DNA of 59,138 nucleotides, filler included, from Streblomastix strix (GCA_008636045.1; 3 parts of 3 records of this genome joined end to end with filler, not necessarily neighbours in it), one strand, 5' to 3'. Positions 1-12,772 are shown, numbered from the whole stretch's first letter. Made by a program: numbers and translations. The notes: a model not told the origin generated them from the sequence alone.

Positions 1-320
1 GGTGGCATTTGCTGTAGAATTGACTAGCTAAACTTGAGAAATTTTCTCAATTTGGCTCTTCTTCTAGGTGATGCTTGACATGAAATGATTGAAGTTATAA
101 CAAGTCTAAAATATAGTGAGAATAAATGGTAAATAACAAAAATAATTTTGTTTGAAGCAAACAATAACATAATCGTTAATTAAATATATTTAAATATGAT
201 AATAAATCAATAAAAATATGTGCACTGATAGAAATACAGCTATGATTAAAATTTTAAAGCCAAATTTGGGTTGCAACAAGAATTGCGCAAATGTAAGATA
301 ATAATTTGGGGAGATGGTAA

Positions 321-917
321 ATTGGTGTTGGCCGAATATATATATAATTCATATGCCATTAGATAGAGCACGTGACATACATCACTGTTTACTATTATAA
401 TATCGAAACCTAATGGGATGGTTGTTGAGGAACGGTGGGATGAAGTTTGAAATTTTAGGTCTTTTTGCCTTTAATTTTTTTTTATTTTTTTTTCATATTT
501 TTAGATTATATTATTATAACTCAGCATAATATTGCTTATATTGTATTTAACATTAATAAGTAGGGTTAGTGTCAACGTCGAATGAACTTTGCGTGCCTTT
601 TCAAATGACGGGTTAGGGTTTAAAAATAATGAGCTTTATGTGCCTTATCTAAAGGCGGGTTAGGGTCAAATAATAATGAGCTTTGCGTGCTTTCTCAAAT
701 AACGGGTTAGAGTCTAAAAAACAACTAAATTTAAATCAATATATATAAAAAAATAAAAAAAATTTATAGGCAAAAAGACCTAAAATTTCAAACTTCATCA
801 CACCGTTCCTCGACAACCATCCCATTAGTTTTCGATATTATAATAGTAAACAGTGATATATGTCACGTGCTCTATCTAATGGCATATGAATTATATATAT
901 ATTCGGCCACCACCAAT
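321..917. mobile_element. Non-autonomous fold-back (MITE-like) element with ~170-bp inverted arms
   Basis: 321-~495 (attggtgttggccgaatatatatataattcatatgccattagatagagcacgtgac...) is the near-perfect reverse complement of ~745-917 (...gtcacgtgctctatctaatggcatatgaattatatatatattcggccaccaccaat). No ORF and no clear TSD. Confidence 0.75.
563..720 (+). repeat. 47-bp tandem repeat (~3.4 copies) containing GGGTTAG
   Basis: GGGTTAG at 563, 610, 657, 704 and AATGA(A/G)CTTT at 581, 628, 675, giving an exact 47-nt period. Confidence 0.85.
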
Positions 918-923
918 ATGCTA

Positions 924-2553
924 CAGTCATTCCGCGTTCCCGTAAATTTGTTAATTTAGCAAAAATTTTAATAAAAAAGAATTCTTCAAAACTAAAAGAA
1001 CAGTAATATAATATATATGTAAATTATATTGTAAATTATGAATTAAAATTCGAAATGCGAAATGGAATAAAAAATAGATCAGTCATCAAGTAGCTCACAG
1101 TTTAATACGCCAAAATCAGTTTCGCGTCTTTTTCTTGTTATTTTCGAGCCTACGTTAGTTGCTAATTTACCATTGCGTCTTTTATGTTCTATAATCGGAG
1201 AAAATGCATTTTTATTGACGTGAGCCGTAAATTACTCTCTGTCTCTTCGAATCTCCAGCCCTGTTTTTCTAAATGAATTCTCTATCGTTACTTCGGTGGT
1301 GCGCATTTAATATGCAGATGCAGATAGTTTCACTATGTCTTCGATTGTGTCATGATACTGATTTCCTCTTAGTTATTGAAAATGATGCTTGTAGGATGCG
1401 AAAACTCCGATATCTAGAACTTAAATGTAATGTGTTGCGTTTGGCGGTGGTGTAATCAAAGCAATATTAAGTTATGCAAGTAATTCACGAATTGCAACTG
1501 TTGTATGTGATGGACATCCATCTGATAGAATATAGCTTCTCTGTCCAGGAGTTTCGAAGTCTTCTCGAATTTTGGTGAAATATGGTATTGCACAACTGTT
1601 TTAAAACTCGATAAACAGTTCGGCTGTCATAGTTGACTTGTTTGATTCGACCAAATAGCAATTTCTTCCATGCTCGAGGCCTAACTATCGAAATTTTTCC
1701 TTAACTAATAGTTTTCGAATCACATAGAATGGAATAAAATGTTCCAACGCCATCGTAATTGCCGCGAGCAAACTAAAACGAGGTTCTCCCCTATATACTA
1801 GTATATGTGCTGGTGCTGTTCCTTAAGATTTCGGTATGATAATTATTTGATCTTTTGTGTCTGAATATGCTTGATAACCGCTCTCATCCAAATGAAGAAT
1901 AAAATATACGTTCACTCCCTCAAAACGTTATTCTAGTATTGTTGAGTAGTCATTCATATCTTATTCTTTCACTTTTATTCGTTTAAATTCTCTTTTCGTA
2001 GCTGTTTATTATTGTAGCTCATCTGGATGGTGGGAAAGGAGAGTTTTGTGATACGAATGACCGACAGTGTGGCCAACTACTTTCTAAGCCTCTTCTCCTA
2101 ACTTTACAGGAGATATTAATTCGCCGGATTGACTTCTTTCCGATAATGCTTAGATGACTCGAGATTTTTAATCAGACGACAGTGAACAGTTCGATTTTGC
2201 TTCCACTTTTTTGTACCCACTTTTTTGACGTGCACGCAATATAGCAGCAGGTTGACTTTAGCAGATTCTTGCAAGAATAACTCCAGGCAACACAGGTAAC
2301 ATCTTCACTTTTTCAAACGCAACTATCTGTCTGATAAACTTGTCTTTGCTTTTAAATTCCATTTTTGCGAGTTTTTCCTCAAAGCTGTTATAGTCGAAAG
2401 TTGGAATATGCGGTTCAAAGTTCGAAAGGATGCGACTGAAATCAAAATTTGGTTTACCTTTCTATTTAGGCATTTTTTGTTTGAATAAAAATTCAAATTT
2501 TTTCAGTCCCTTTTTTGTTAAATTAACAAATTTACGGGAACGCGGAATGACTG
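924..2553 (-). mobile_element. Tc1/mariner-pogo superfamily DNA transposon (1630 bp)
   Basis: TIRs cagtcattccgcgttcccgtaaatttgttaattta at 924 and its reverse complement ending at 2553. TA TSD at 922-923 and 2554-2555. Internal transposase ORF. Confidence 0.95.
1079..2473 (-). CDS. pogo/Fot-like DD35D transposase (464 aa, table 6)
   Basis: Uninterrupted ATG(2473) to TGA(1079) frame with TAR=Gln. Motifs LHLDESG, ILSDGCPSH and PPNATHYIQVLDIG, with 35 residues between the second and third Asp. Confidence 0.92.
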
Positions 2554-2912
2554 TATTTTTCCAATAATTTATAAATTAAATAACATAAAAATTGAGTTAT
2601 GATATAGTTATATGAAATTTTAACAAAAGTTGATTATGCAATATTTGATTGGGCGAAAAAAATTAATTTTTGACAAAATTCAATTTGATTATTTAAATGT
2701 ATGTAAAAATTTTATATATTAATATTAAAACGTATTTAATTTATTAATAATCAGATCAATTAGTCAACAATAAAATTATTAACTTCGTTTTTGCAAACGT
2801 TTGTAAAGCATAAAATTTCGTTATTTTTTCTTTATTTATATATATTTAGTTTAATAAAATAATAATCAATTATTTTTTATTAAATTTTAGGAATAACGTA
2901 AGCTAAGCCATA

Positions 2913-3808
2913 ATGGGAACAAAATCGCATTTCAAACCATATCTTCTCTCAGATGGCAAACTAATTAATTTCAAGTATAATGTTGCAAGAAAATTATGTA
3001 TGGATTACAGCATATTTTCAAGAGAAAAAGAAGTCTCTACAGATTTTTGGAAATTAGCTTCATTACAATCTCCAGTAATTTGGAAGATAAACGCTTGTTT
3101 ATGATCAAGTCAAAAAAATAATAAAATAAAATATTAGAGAATGAACCAAGAAAAGAAAGAAATTGAAATAAATGTGCAGATATTAATATAAGATTAAAAG
3201 GATTTATTTTATTATAATTTGTTTCTCAAATAAATATATTTGATTCAACTGAAATTGTTGAAGATGATTTTGAAACTATTACACAAGAGAATCAGAATGA
3301 TAACCAAAATTTATTTGACTAATCCGTATAAAAACTATTTTCTTCTCTATTATATTCATAAATCAAAATAATTTCAACTTCATTTCATTAATTTCAAGTC
3401 GTCTCTGATTCTAAGCATCGATTTCAAACACTGAGTACTGATATTTTACAACTACCTTAAAAATCTAAATTATCATATAATTTTTATTAAGATGAAATTT
3501 AGATTAATAAAGAGGATAAATAACAGCAATATTTGAAGATCTAATAAAAAGTTTCTATATAAATATAAAAAATTATAAAAACTGAAAATTTTTAAGAATT
3601 TAAATTCAATTCAAACACATCTACTTAACATTAGCGCAATTCAAATATACCAAATTTTGATACTGTTAGTAATTCATATTCATAATTGCAATTTTAATCA
3701 AATTCTCGTTTTAATGACTAAATTGCTATTTAAGAGAGTGTTTAGTAAGATTAATTTTAAATAATTGAAGAAAAGAAGACATATTTTTTTAATTATTATT
3801 TATTGCTT
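2913..3808 (+). pseudogene. Host-like Gln/Asn/Ser-rich coding fragment ending near the virus-like insertion
   Basis: Long TAR=Gln frame at ~3240-3800 (FDSTEIVEDDFETITQENQND...). No recognisable domain and exon structure unresolved. Confidence 0.3.
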
Positions 3809-4078
3809 AGTAGTTATGTGAAAAAGGAGAATGCCTCACATTGAAAAATAAAATAAAATAATGAAAATAAAATAATGAAAATAAAATAATAATAATAAAA
3901 TAATAATAATAAAAAATAATAATAAATAATTTAAAAGAAAATAAACACTTGAATAAGATTAATGATGTATATTTATAACAAAATTTGATTGAATGCGGAT
4001 ATTGAAATAGATTAATGATGCACGTTATTGAATGATATTCTTGAAATGTATGGCACTCTCCTTTTTCACATAATTACT
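3809..4078. repeat. Terminal fold-back segment bounded by 27-bp inverted repeats
   Basis: agtagttatgtgaaaaaggagaatgcc (3809-3835) versus ggcactctcctttttcacataattact (4052-4078): reverse complements with 2 mismatches. Confidence 0.85.
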
Positions 4079-4209
4079 GACAGCGCTGAAAGACGAGATT
4101 AATGATATGGGTTGATTGATTTCGTTATGTCGGTCTTCTGACCTCAGCCTTGCAGCTGAAAACCTAAAATTTATTGGTGAAATCGTTAGTGAAATTATGA
4201 ATATTTGAT

Positions 4210-4585
4210 GTGGATTGAGTGGATTGATTCATAAAACATTAATGAAACCTGAGAAATTGACACGAGTAAATGGCTTTGTTAATGAATGACTTTTGGATGG
4301 ACTGGGTGGAATGGGTGGATTTAGTCAAAAACTTTTATCAAAAACTGCTGCCAGCCGGCAATTCAGCCAGATTGCTAATTGATTTTATTAGTGAATTTTG
4401 AACATAATATATATTTGTTTGATATAGATTGGGAGGATTGAGTCATAAATCATCGATGAAATCTTTGAAATTGGCACGAGAAAATGGCTTTGTTAATGAA
4501 TAGCTTTTGACTGGACCGTGTAGATTGGGTGGATTGAGTCAAAACCTTTCATCGAAAATTGCTGCCAGCCTACCATTCTGCCAGA
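4210..4585 (+). repeat. Dispersed intergenic repeat, two tandem copies (~213-bp period)
   Basis: Core aaattg(a/g)cacgag.aaatggctttgttaatgaat..cttttg..tggac...gggtggatt.agtcaaaa...aaa.tgctgccagcc...attc.gccaga at ~4255-4371 and ~4468-4585. Confidence 0.9.
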
Positions 4586-4615
4586 TATGAAAACATTAAC
4601 AAAAATAAATATTAT

Positions 4616-7073
4616 TCAAAGGTTGATTTAATCACTAACATCTTCGTTGATGGATTGGTCTTCGTCTCTTAGTCTTTCATAAAATTTTATTAAATCTTCG
4701 TTCAATTTATATATTCATGTTTTTTTTCTAATATCATTTTTTATATTCTTTGACATTTATTTTTTATTTATAATTAGAATGATTTTTCTTTAACATCGAA
4801 TGGTTTAAATTGTAGTGCAATAGTGCAAGGCACGCCTTCCTTAAGCGTTTGATAATTTTATAAGATTAAATCATCAAGTTATGAACGTGATGCTCTAATT
4901 ATATCCTTTTTCGTCCCTGTAAATGGAATGATTTTTTGATTCCAATTACTTAAATCCTGGTAATAAAATAAGTAAATAAATTATTATAAAATTCAGTAAT
5001 GAAACCTTTAGATAAAGAAGTGAAGTATTCAATGTCGTCCTTATTAACTGCCTTACATCTGCATAAAATTTAACGCTTATCATTAGCTTCAATTTTGATA
5101 GGGAAATCGTTGTTGGTTACCATTATCAAATTCATAACTACTTCCGCTGTTCTGCGAGGCTGATTTTTTTCATTTATTCTTATTTGATTATCTGTTATAA
5201 TTGACTTCAACGCATCCATGTTCGAATATCTTGCTTCTCCAAAGTTTTTAAGTTCATTAGCTATTCAAAGAATTATATTTTCAACGACAGAATTAAACAT
5301 ACTCGTAAATTCATCAATATCTGTTATATTTTTAATTGAATAACCAGCCAATAATTCATATAAAACATCTGTGAATCTGTTTTTTCCTATATCTTAACTG
5401 CATTATAGTATCAATGCCACCTCTGATTTCACATATGCATTATATATAACAAATTCAATCCAAATAAGTATATAATTATATAAATTTTCATCCTAAACTG
5501 CTATTGTTTCATATATTAAATTTAAATAATCATTAATTTGGTCTTCATCAACTGTAGGCAATTATTAATATTTATAGCCTTAAAATTTACTGAATTTTCT
5601 ATGTCTTAACTAATAAATCTAATTCCTTTCATCATATATAAAGAATTTAATTATTTGCAAATTTATTTCAATGATATATTTTTTTAATTTTCTTTCCATA
5701 GAATAATCATCTGTAATTATTCAAATATTGCTGTTTTATTCATGTATTAAATTTTATATTTTTCATTAATTATATCGTATAATTTCACTATAAATACCAA
5801 GCCACCATCACATGGAGAATATTGTAATATTCTTGTTAAATCTTAAACTACTTATTTAATCTTTTTATATACTTTATTTGTTATATATATCTAATAAATA
5901 AAAATTATCTTTTAAATCAATTAATTACTAATTTATTTATATTTATTCATCTTATCATTATTTTGCAAGTTAAAGCTTTATAACATCGATGTAATGCTAT
6001 AGATTATGATATTTAAAAATTTTATATAGAACCCATTGATTAGCTTTTGAATAGAATCTTGACCTTTTGAGCTCCCAATTTTGAATCGCATTATCGGTTA
6101 AATTATTAAATGCCTTAACCTTGATATAAGCATCATCAACGTATTATTTAATTTCCTCCTCTTGCAATCCTTCAAACTAATGCAAGACCATTTAATCCTG
6201 TAAATAGATATATTAATTTATTTCTAATTCGACTTTCTTAGCATCATTATGTATCTATAAATGTTAGATTCCATTAACTAACAAATCAGCAAATTTTTTA
6301 TTCATTTTTCTTAATTTTCCATCATTATTTTTACTTGGCTTCTCTTCTTCAAATTATGCTCTTAAATCTATACCGTAAACATCTAAGACATCATTTAATG
6401 TAGCTTTGTTCTTCTTTTCAAACGTATTAGTTAAATCTTCATATTTTAATGATTTTCATTAATAATTTTCTTAAGTTCTATAAGTTGATTTCGGAAGAGT
6501 ATTAAGACTTTAATTTTCATCGATATGTACAAAAATATCAATATCAAAATTTTCTATTTTTATGATTTTGATTTATGAATTAATTTTTAGTGGATAGCCA
6601 TCTCTATCTAAATATATATGTAATCCTCCATGTGCTGTCTTAACGAGTCCAACATTAGAAGGTAAATTTTCAATAATTTAATATCTTGTTTCTGTTATTT
6701 TTTCATCTGAAAAATTTTTCTTGATATCAAAATCCATTATGCATAACTAATTATTACTTTTACCTAAATCAACAGCTGATCCTGTTTTTGAAACTTTTTC
6801 CCATCCGTATGTTTCGTATAATTATATAATGAAGTGATTGCTTCTTTGATACGTTCGTCAATAGTTAAATTATTATATTTCGAATTATTTTTTGATATGT
6901 ATGTTTGAAGAGCAACTAATAAACTTTTATTTATCTCTTTTTTATTTTTTTTATCGGTCAAATTATCTGTTATTTCAGTAGGATAGTAATATATTTATTA
7001 TTTGGCTGGATCAGCTGACAGATGGATTCTAATTGCCGGCACACCCGACAGATTCAAATTCTATTGTTGCCAT
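4616..7073 (-). pseudogene. Primase-helicase: AEP prim-pol domain fused to a D5-like superfamily-3 helicase, disrupted
   Basis: TGSAVDLGKSNNQLCIMDFDIK and VKTAHGGLHIY (prim-pol motifs, ~6610-6790). Degenerate Walker A ALILQCSQDIGKN (~5380-5420), Walker B IANEL and motif C MVTNN. Frameshifts and an internal TGA. Confidence 0.85.
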
Positions 7074-7198
7074 TTCCTACAGATAAAAAAAGTCAGATTT
7101 AAATAAAACAAACTCGATTAATTTTAAAATAAGTTTAATTATTTATTTTTTAAATTTTTTATTTGGCAGAAATTTATTTTTATTTATTTTTTTCACTT

Positions 7199-7288
7199 CT
7201 AGCAGAATGGCAGGCTGGCAGCAGTTTTTGATAGAAGTTTCTGACTCAATCCACCCAATCCACTCGGTCCAGTCAAATGTCATTCATA
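7199..7288 (-). repeat. Dispersed intergenic repeat, inverted copy
   Basis: gcagaatggcaggctggcagcagtttttgatagaagtttctgactcaatccacccaatccactcggtccagtcaaa is the reverse complement of the core at 4505-4585. Confidence 0.9.
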
Positions 7289-7687
7289 ATTCACATCAAT
7301 TATTCACACAAAAATCTTATATTTTTATGTTGCCAAATTCATGTTCATCAACAGTTCAAGATAACAATTTAAACTTCATTTTTGACTTCTACATATCAAC
7401 ATTGTATATAAACATCTTTCTCAAGGCTAATCAGAAACATTTATTTTTTAGCTTATTTTTTTACTTATACTTTTTACATTCATTACATATAGGAATAAAA
7501 AAAATAAAAAATAAAAAAATAACTTTATTTCCTTGAAATTTTAAAATTATTTAATAATCAACTATGTACACAATTCATATACGCTGATTCCGAAAATGAC
7601 CTTTTTAGCTCAATCTGAAACTGTTGATTATGCTCAATTAATGGCTTTATTTTACGCAAATAATTAATTATTTTTAACATGATTAAA

Positions 7688-8218
7688 ATGAAGAATCCAA
7701 CAATTCCAGAAGTGGAACCATAATTTGAAAAAGAAATCGACCCATTTCAGCAACAGGAAAAAAAAACGCCCACGTTGTCAGCTAGGCGCAGAAGTTCAAT
7801 TTTCGAAGAAACTTTAACTCCAGACCCTTCAGTGTGTCGTTTGCTTTTGGATATCATTAGTGAAGACGAGCATACGGTTAAAGAATCAGTACATTTCGTA
7901 CTATCTAAAAATTAATTGATTCCGGTTGTTGCTTACACTTTTGACGTCCTTGAAAGTTAAATTTAATTGAGTATAGAAGAAGAAGGATATTGTGGTAGAT
8001 TCTGCAATGACTCAACTTAAACATTAAATGAGATATTTATTGGGAACGTAAATATATTAAAGTTAGACGTCGAAAAAGTAAATTTATTAAAGGATAGTTA
8101 TAAAATATGTATATAAAAAATAAGAAAAATAACAAGCATTTTAGATTTAGGTTAGATTACAAGTAAAATTATTAGTGCAGTATCAAAAGGATTTTTGATT
8201 ATGTTAAATAAAATTTGA
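7688..8218 (+). CDS. Hypothetical viral protein (176 aa)
   Basis: Open ATG to TGA frame in table 6 (MKNPTIPEVEPQFEKEIDPF...). No recognised motif. Confidence 0.45.
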
Positions 8219-8250
8219 TGCCATTAATAAATTATTTTTATTTTTATAAA

Positions 8251-10910
8251 ATGGACGGAGATTTAAATATTCTTGATGTTTATTTAAATCATGATTGTGT
8301 ACTTTATGGTTCTGGTAGATATAACACTATTGACTTAATTACTGAGTTTAATATATTGAAAATTTAATAAATCTAATTAATGAAGCACCTGAACCTTATA
8401 ATCGTGAAGAAATTGATGAAATGTTAGATAAAAAATTAAACATTTCTGATTAAATCGATGCTTACACCAAATAAGAAGATGATGCTCTGCTATTAATGAA
8501 GACTTATAAATCAGAGCTCATTGATGCATATTCGAAGTCTGTAGCCGATGCCTTACTCGATGAAAAATTAAACATTTCTGATTAAATCGATGCATACACT
8601 AAATAAAAGGATGATGCTTTGCTATTGTTGAAGGCTGATAAATCAGAGCTAATTGATGCATATTCGAAGACAGAATCCGATGCCCTTCTCGACGATAAAT
8701 AAAATATATCTGATTAAATTGATGCATACAATAAATAAAAGGATGATGCTCTGTTGCTGTTGAAGGCTAATAAAACAGAACTGGATAACTATGTCGAATT
8801 AAATTCTACTCAAAATATAGTAGGTCAAAAATAATTCGGAATAATTGGTGTTTCCAGCATATCGAAATAGAATCAAAATAACGGTTCTATTCTTCTTGCT
8901 GGCGGTTACGATATGTTAGTAAGTTCATTAGTCTCACAGCCATAATTATAAGAAGTACGAGATATTGCTTCAGGTAAATCAAAAGGATATGTCTTTGCTA
9001 CTAAGGATGAGATGAATACTCGGATGGAAGATTAGGAAAATGTTGCAAAATTATCTATTGGTGATAATTTATATATAGTTGATAAATAAGTCATGGATTA
9101 TTGGAGGGATGGTATTATTCTTCGAGCATTAGAAACAGAATTGCCAGATATGAGCAATTTTATGACCATTCTTGGAGCTGCTACAGGAGGAGGCAATGCA
9201 AAAACAGATTTATCATTCAGTGAAAATACATTAATGCCTGCGAAAAATAGTTCATTTATAACGACTAATAATGATGAAATTATTATAGGTTAAAAGACAT
9301 TTAACATAACTTTCCACTCAGTTGGAATAATAGTTCAAAATTACGATAACAATTCTGTTGTTCGTGCTGATGGCGGTGTTAAGGCAATGCAGGACATAAC
9401 TGCAAGTGTTGATTTTTCAAATTATTACAATAAATCATAAACATATTCAAAAACTGAAACTGATTAAAAATTAAGTCTACAATTGAACATTTCTGATTAA
9501 ATCGATGCATATACTAGAGGAGAAGACGATGCTCTGCTGTTGTTGAAGGTTGATAAGATATAACTAATTGATGCACATACAAAAGGTGAAACCGGTAATA
9601 TACTCTATAATAAAGCTAATTCAGGAGTTTCATACTCCGAATAGGAAGACGATGCTCTGCTGTTGTTGAAGGCTGATAAAACATAACTGATTGATACATG
9701 TTCAAAAATAGAAGCAAATAATCTATTAAATAATAATGTTAACTTATGAGTTTCATATACAAAAGGAGAAGATGATGCTGTGCTATTGTTGAAGGTTGAT
9801 ATAACATAATTGATTGAAACATATACAAAAGGAGAAACCAATAATCTTTTAAATAATAATGCCGATTCTGGAGTAAAATACACAAAAAGAGATGATGATG
9901 CTCTGTTATTGTTGAAAGCAAATCAATCAACTACTTATATAAAAATATAAACTGATTATCTTATTTCACAAATTGAAGTTGGTGATGTTGATTTAAATGG
10001 CTATATGACCTTAGGTATTGCATAGATAATAAATGCAAATAAGACGTTTAATAATGCTCGTAGGTTCGTAAGTTCTATCGATGGAATGGCAACAATCACA
10101 GGCGCATCGTTTGTTAAATCAGGTGCAGATGATAGTATTGTATTACCTGGAGCTGGTAGTTCTAAGATAATATCTGAATTTGTAGATACTCCAACTGATT
10201 TATCAAACTATTACACAAAAACATAAACAAATTCGAAAACAGAAACGTATAATAAGTTTGTAGGATTGGAACGTTCAATTTAATAAACATTAATTGGAAG
10301 ATTAAAATATGTTAGTCCATTTGGTGAGGCATACTATGAAACATAAGACCCTGTAGCTAATATATATTTGACTTAGTCAGAAGTTGATGCAAAACTAACG
10401 AATTATGCTATTACAGTTAACAGTTAAGAAATTATTGGAACAAAAACAATCAATATTAATGTTAATGCTGCTGTATTTATTAAAACAGGTAAAGACGATA
10501 CATCGGTTTTATTGGCTGGTGGGGAAGAAGCTTTGATACCATCATTTGCAAAATAAAAATTGGTTGAAATTAATTGTATGAATAATGTAGTTAATCCAAC
10601 TTCAATAATGTCACTAAAAAGTTGTATATATCGATTATTAGTCAATTTTTACGCTTATATATACATGAGTAGTGGAGCAGGAGCATCTGGTGCATCAGTT
10701 ACAGTATGCACACTTGAAAATGCTTGATTTCCAAAATTTTTATTTTATACAAATGATATAGTTTTTGCTGGCTCTTCACCACATGTTGCTAATTTCAGAT
10801 TCGGAACTGATGGAAAGGTTACGATAGTTATTATAACACTAACTGGAATAGCTTATTTGGCTGGTGCCGCTTCGGCATACATTAACGTTACATATCCTGA
10901 AGTAAATTGA
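8251..10910 (+). pseudogene. Fibre-like protein with phage tail-fibre-type repeats, disrupted
   Basis: Many ~19-20 aa repeats such as IDAYTKQEDDALLLLKADKSEL and YSKTESDALLDDK. Repeated (F)VK.G.DD..VLLAGG motifs and a beta-rich C-terminal domain. One frameshift near 8370 and TGAs at 9747 and ~10726. Confidence 0.7.
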
Positions 10911-11005
10911 TGACAATTATAAAATAATAATTAATAAAAACTAACTCAAAAATATTTATTTGTTTGAAATTGTTTGGATTAATTAATTATTTTTATTGAA
11001 TATAA

Positions 11006-12622
11006 ATGTCAAACTTTTATATCGATGAAAGATTGTTAGACGCTGCTGGTTTATCTAACTTCCAAGAATTATTCGCATATATCAAAGAACATTATTCTAA
11101 GCAGATTGGTGAGCTATCGCTACCTGTACCTATTGGTGGCCAAACTCTGCAATAGCAAGTGAAAAATAATGATGATATTATCTATGGTTCTGGAGATTCA
11201 AATGAAGAGTTCGAGCCACCAGTGCCGAACGTTATAATGAAATTGGATTTGAGTTCATAATTAGAGCGATAAAGTTTCTTAGCATCCAGTGGTTCAAATT
11301 CATAGTTAATCGTTTATGGTGATAGAATCACATTGACAGCATCATATGCAACAACAGGACTATTTCCATGTGGCGATTAGTTGGGGGGTTAGTTGAGCGG
11401 TTATTTATTCAAAAGTTCTCCACATGAAGCAAGACCAAAATTGGGTGATTAAGTGATTGCATTAGTTGGAAAAGATTCTCCTAATATATATAATATATTC
11501 TGTTATATCGACTAAAACGTATCTTATATTATAAACTCTAGGTAGCTGCCATAAAATATTGCTCTGATGCTTAAAATTACATATTATAAATAATATAAAT
11601 CATCAAAGAAAATAAATTATAATGCGAATAATGATGGAAAAATAGACATTATGAACTCATGAAATGCTAATGGATAAGGTTAATTTGAAGCATAATCGTA
11701 TGTCTATGAAGCAGTTAAAAAATAAACAGATTTAATCGAGGCAGGGGTTTAAGAGCTAAATAGAACTAATTATTTGTACAGTGAAATAAAACTAATGGAT
11801 GAATTAGCGATATTTAAGGCAGATAGAGCAGCATATTTTATTAAAGATGGGCCATTCATCACACATAGCTTTGGAGCAAAATTGGCACAGTTAGGCATCA
11901 ATTCTGAAATGCAATAAACTATATACAAATTATTCTCGACAATCGGTAAAAAAGTACTACCACCTAATATTAAATATATGCCTATTCATGTAGAATAATA
12001 AGAATTTTCCGCTATGCGTCTGTTCAAAGATATATATGATAAATCTTCTGCGGTATAGGTGGCCGTTAGTGGATAATTAAATATGTTTGATTGTGAATTT
12101 CAAGGAACATATATCCTTGAGAACTATGTGAACGGCATAAACACCAATGAATCTGCATTTGAAGACGTATAATCACACATTTACGAAGTAATAATAAAAC
12201 ATGAAATATAATTAGATTCATCACTACAACCACAATATATGATAACAAATATGTTCAATTAACTTGCAATTAATGATTTTTTCCCTTCATCAGTATAAAA
12301 TACGTTCTATATCGTTGATGATGGCACTTGCAGAGCATGCGTACTTAATCTATATTCTAAATCAAAAGGGTTGTAAGAGAGAACATAAGAAGTAAGTCGT
12401 ATTTCTGATGCGGAAGTCCCTGATGATGGTAAAAGTTTGTGCTTGCTTGCAGCAATATATAGAACATAGGGCGGAAGATAGAATAATTTTTCAGTGAAGT
12501 ATTTTATTGTAAATGCTTAATTTAAAATGCTATACTTTTAATTATCAGAATAGTAAGAGTCAACACCAATCTATTCAACTGATGTCTTTAAATATTGTGC
12601 TAGTGGAATGTATTATTTGTGA
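11006..12622 (+). pseudogene. Hypothetical viral structural protein (one frame, internal TGA near 11660; may be two genes)
   Basis: Single frame from ATG 11006 to TGA 12622 in table 6. NNDDIIYGSG resembles NHDCVLYGSG at the fibre N-terminus. Confidence 0.5.
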
Positions 12623-12657
12623 AAAACAGCGCCAGCAACTCCAATGAAAACCATTAC

Positions 12658-12772
12658 TTTGACACGAGAAAATGCAATGTAAAGTGAATAGCTTTTGATG
12701 GGACAGAGTGTATTGGGTGGATTGAGTCAGAAACTTCGATAGAAAACTGCTGCCTGCTTGCCATTCTACCAA
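12658..12772 (+). repeat. Dispersed intergenic repeat copy
   Basis: ttgacacgagaaaatgc...gaatagcttttgatgggac...attgggtggattgagtcagaaacttcgatagaaaactgctgcctgcttgccattctacca matches 4468-4585. Confidence 0.9.

Noticed and set aside
563..720. True telomere or CRISPR array
   Set aside because: Only isolated GGGTTAG motifs within a 47-bp unit inside a fold-back element. There is no hexamer tract and no unique spacers.
7207..7536. ORF MAGWQQF... as a protein gene
   Set aside because: It overlaps the dispersed repeat, whose copies do not keep a common reading frame, and the remainder is low-complexity AT-rich DNA.
8410..9960. CRISPR-like array in the regularly spaced gatgatgctctgct repeats
   Set aside because: The repeats are in-frame, vary at codon level and lack unique spacers. 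They encode fibre peptide repeats.
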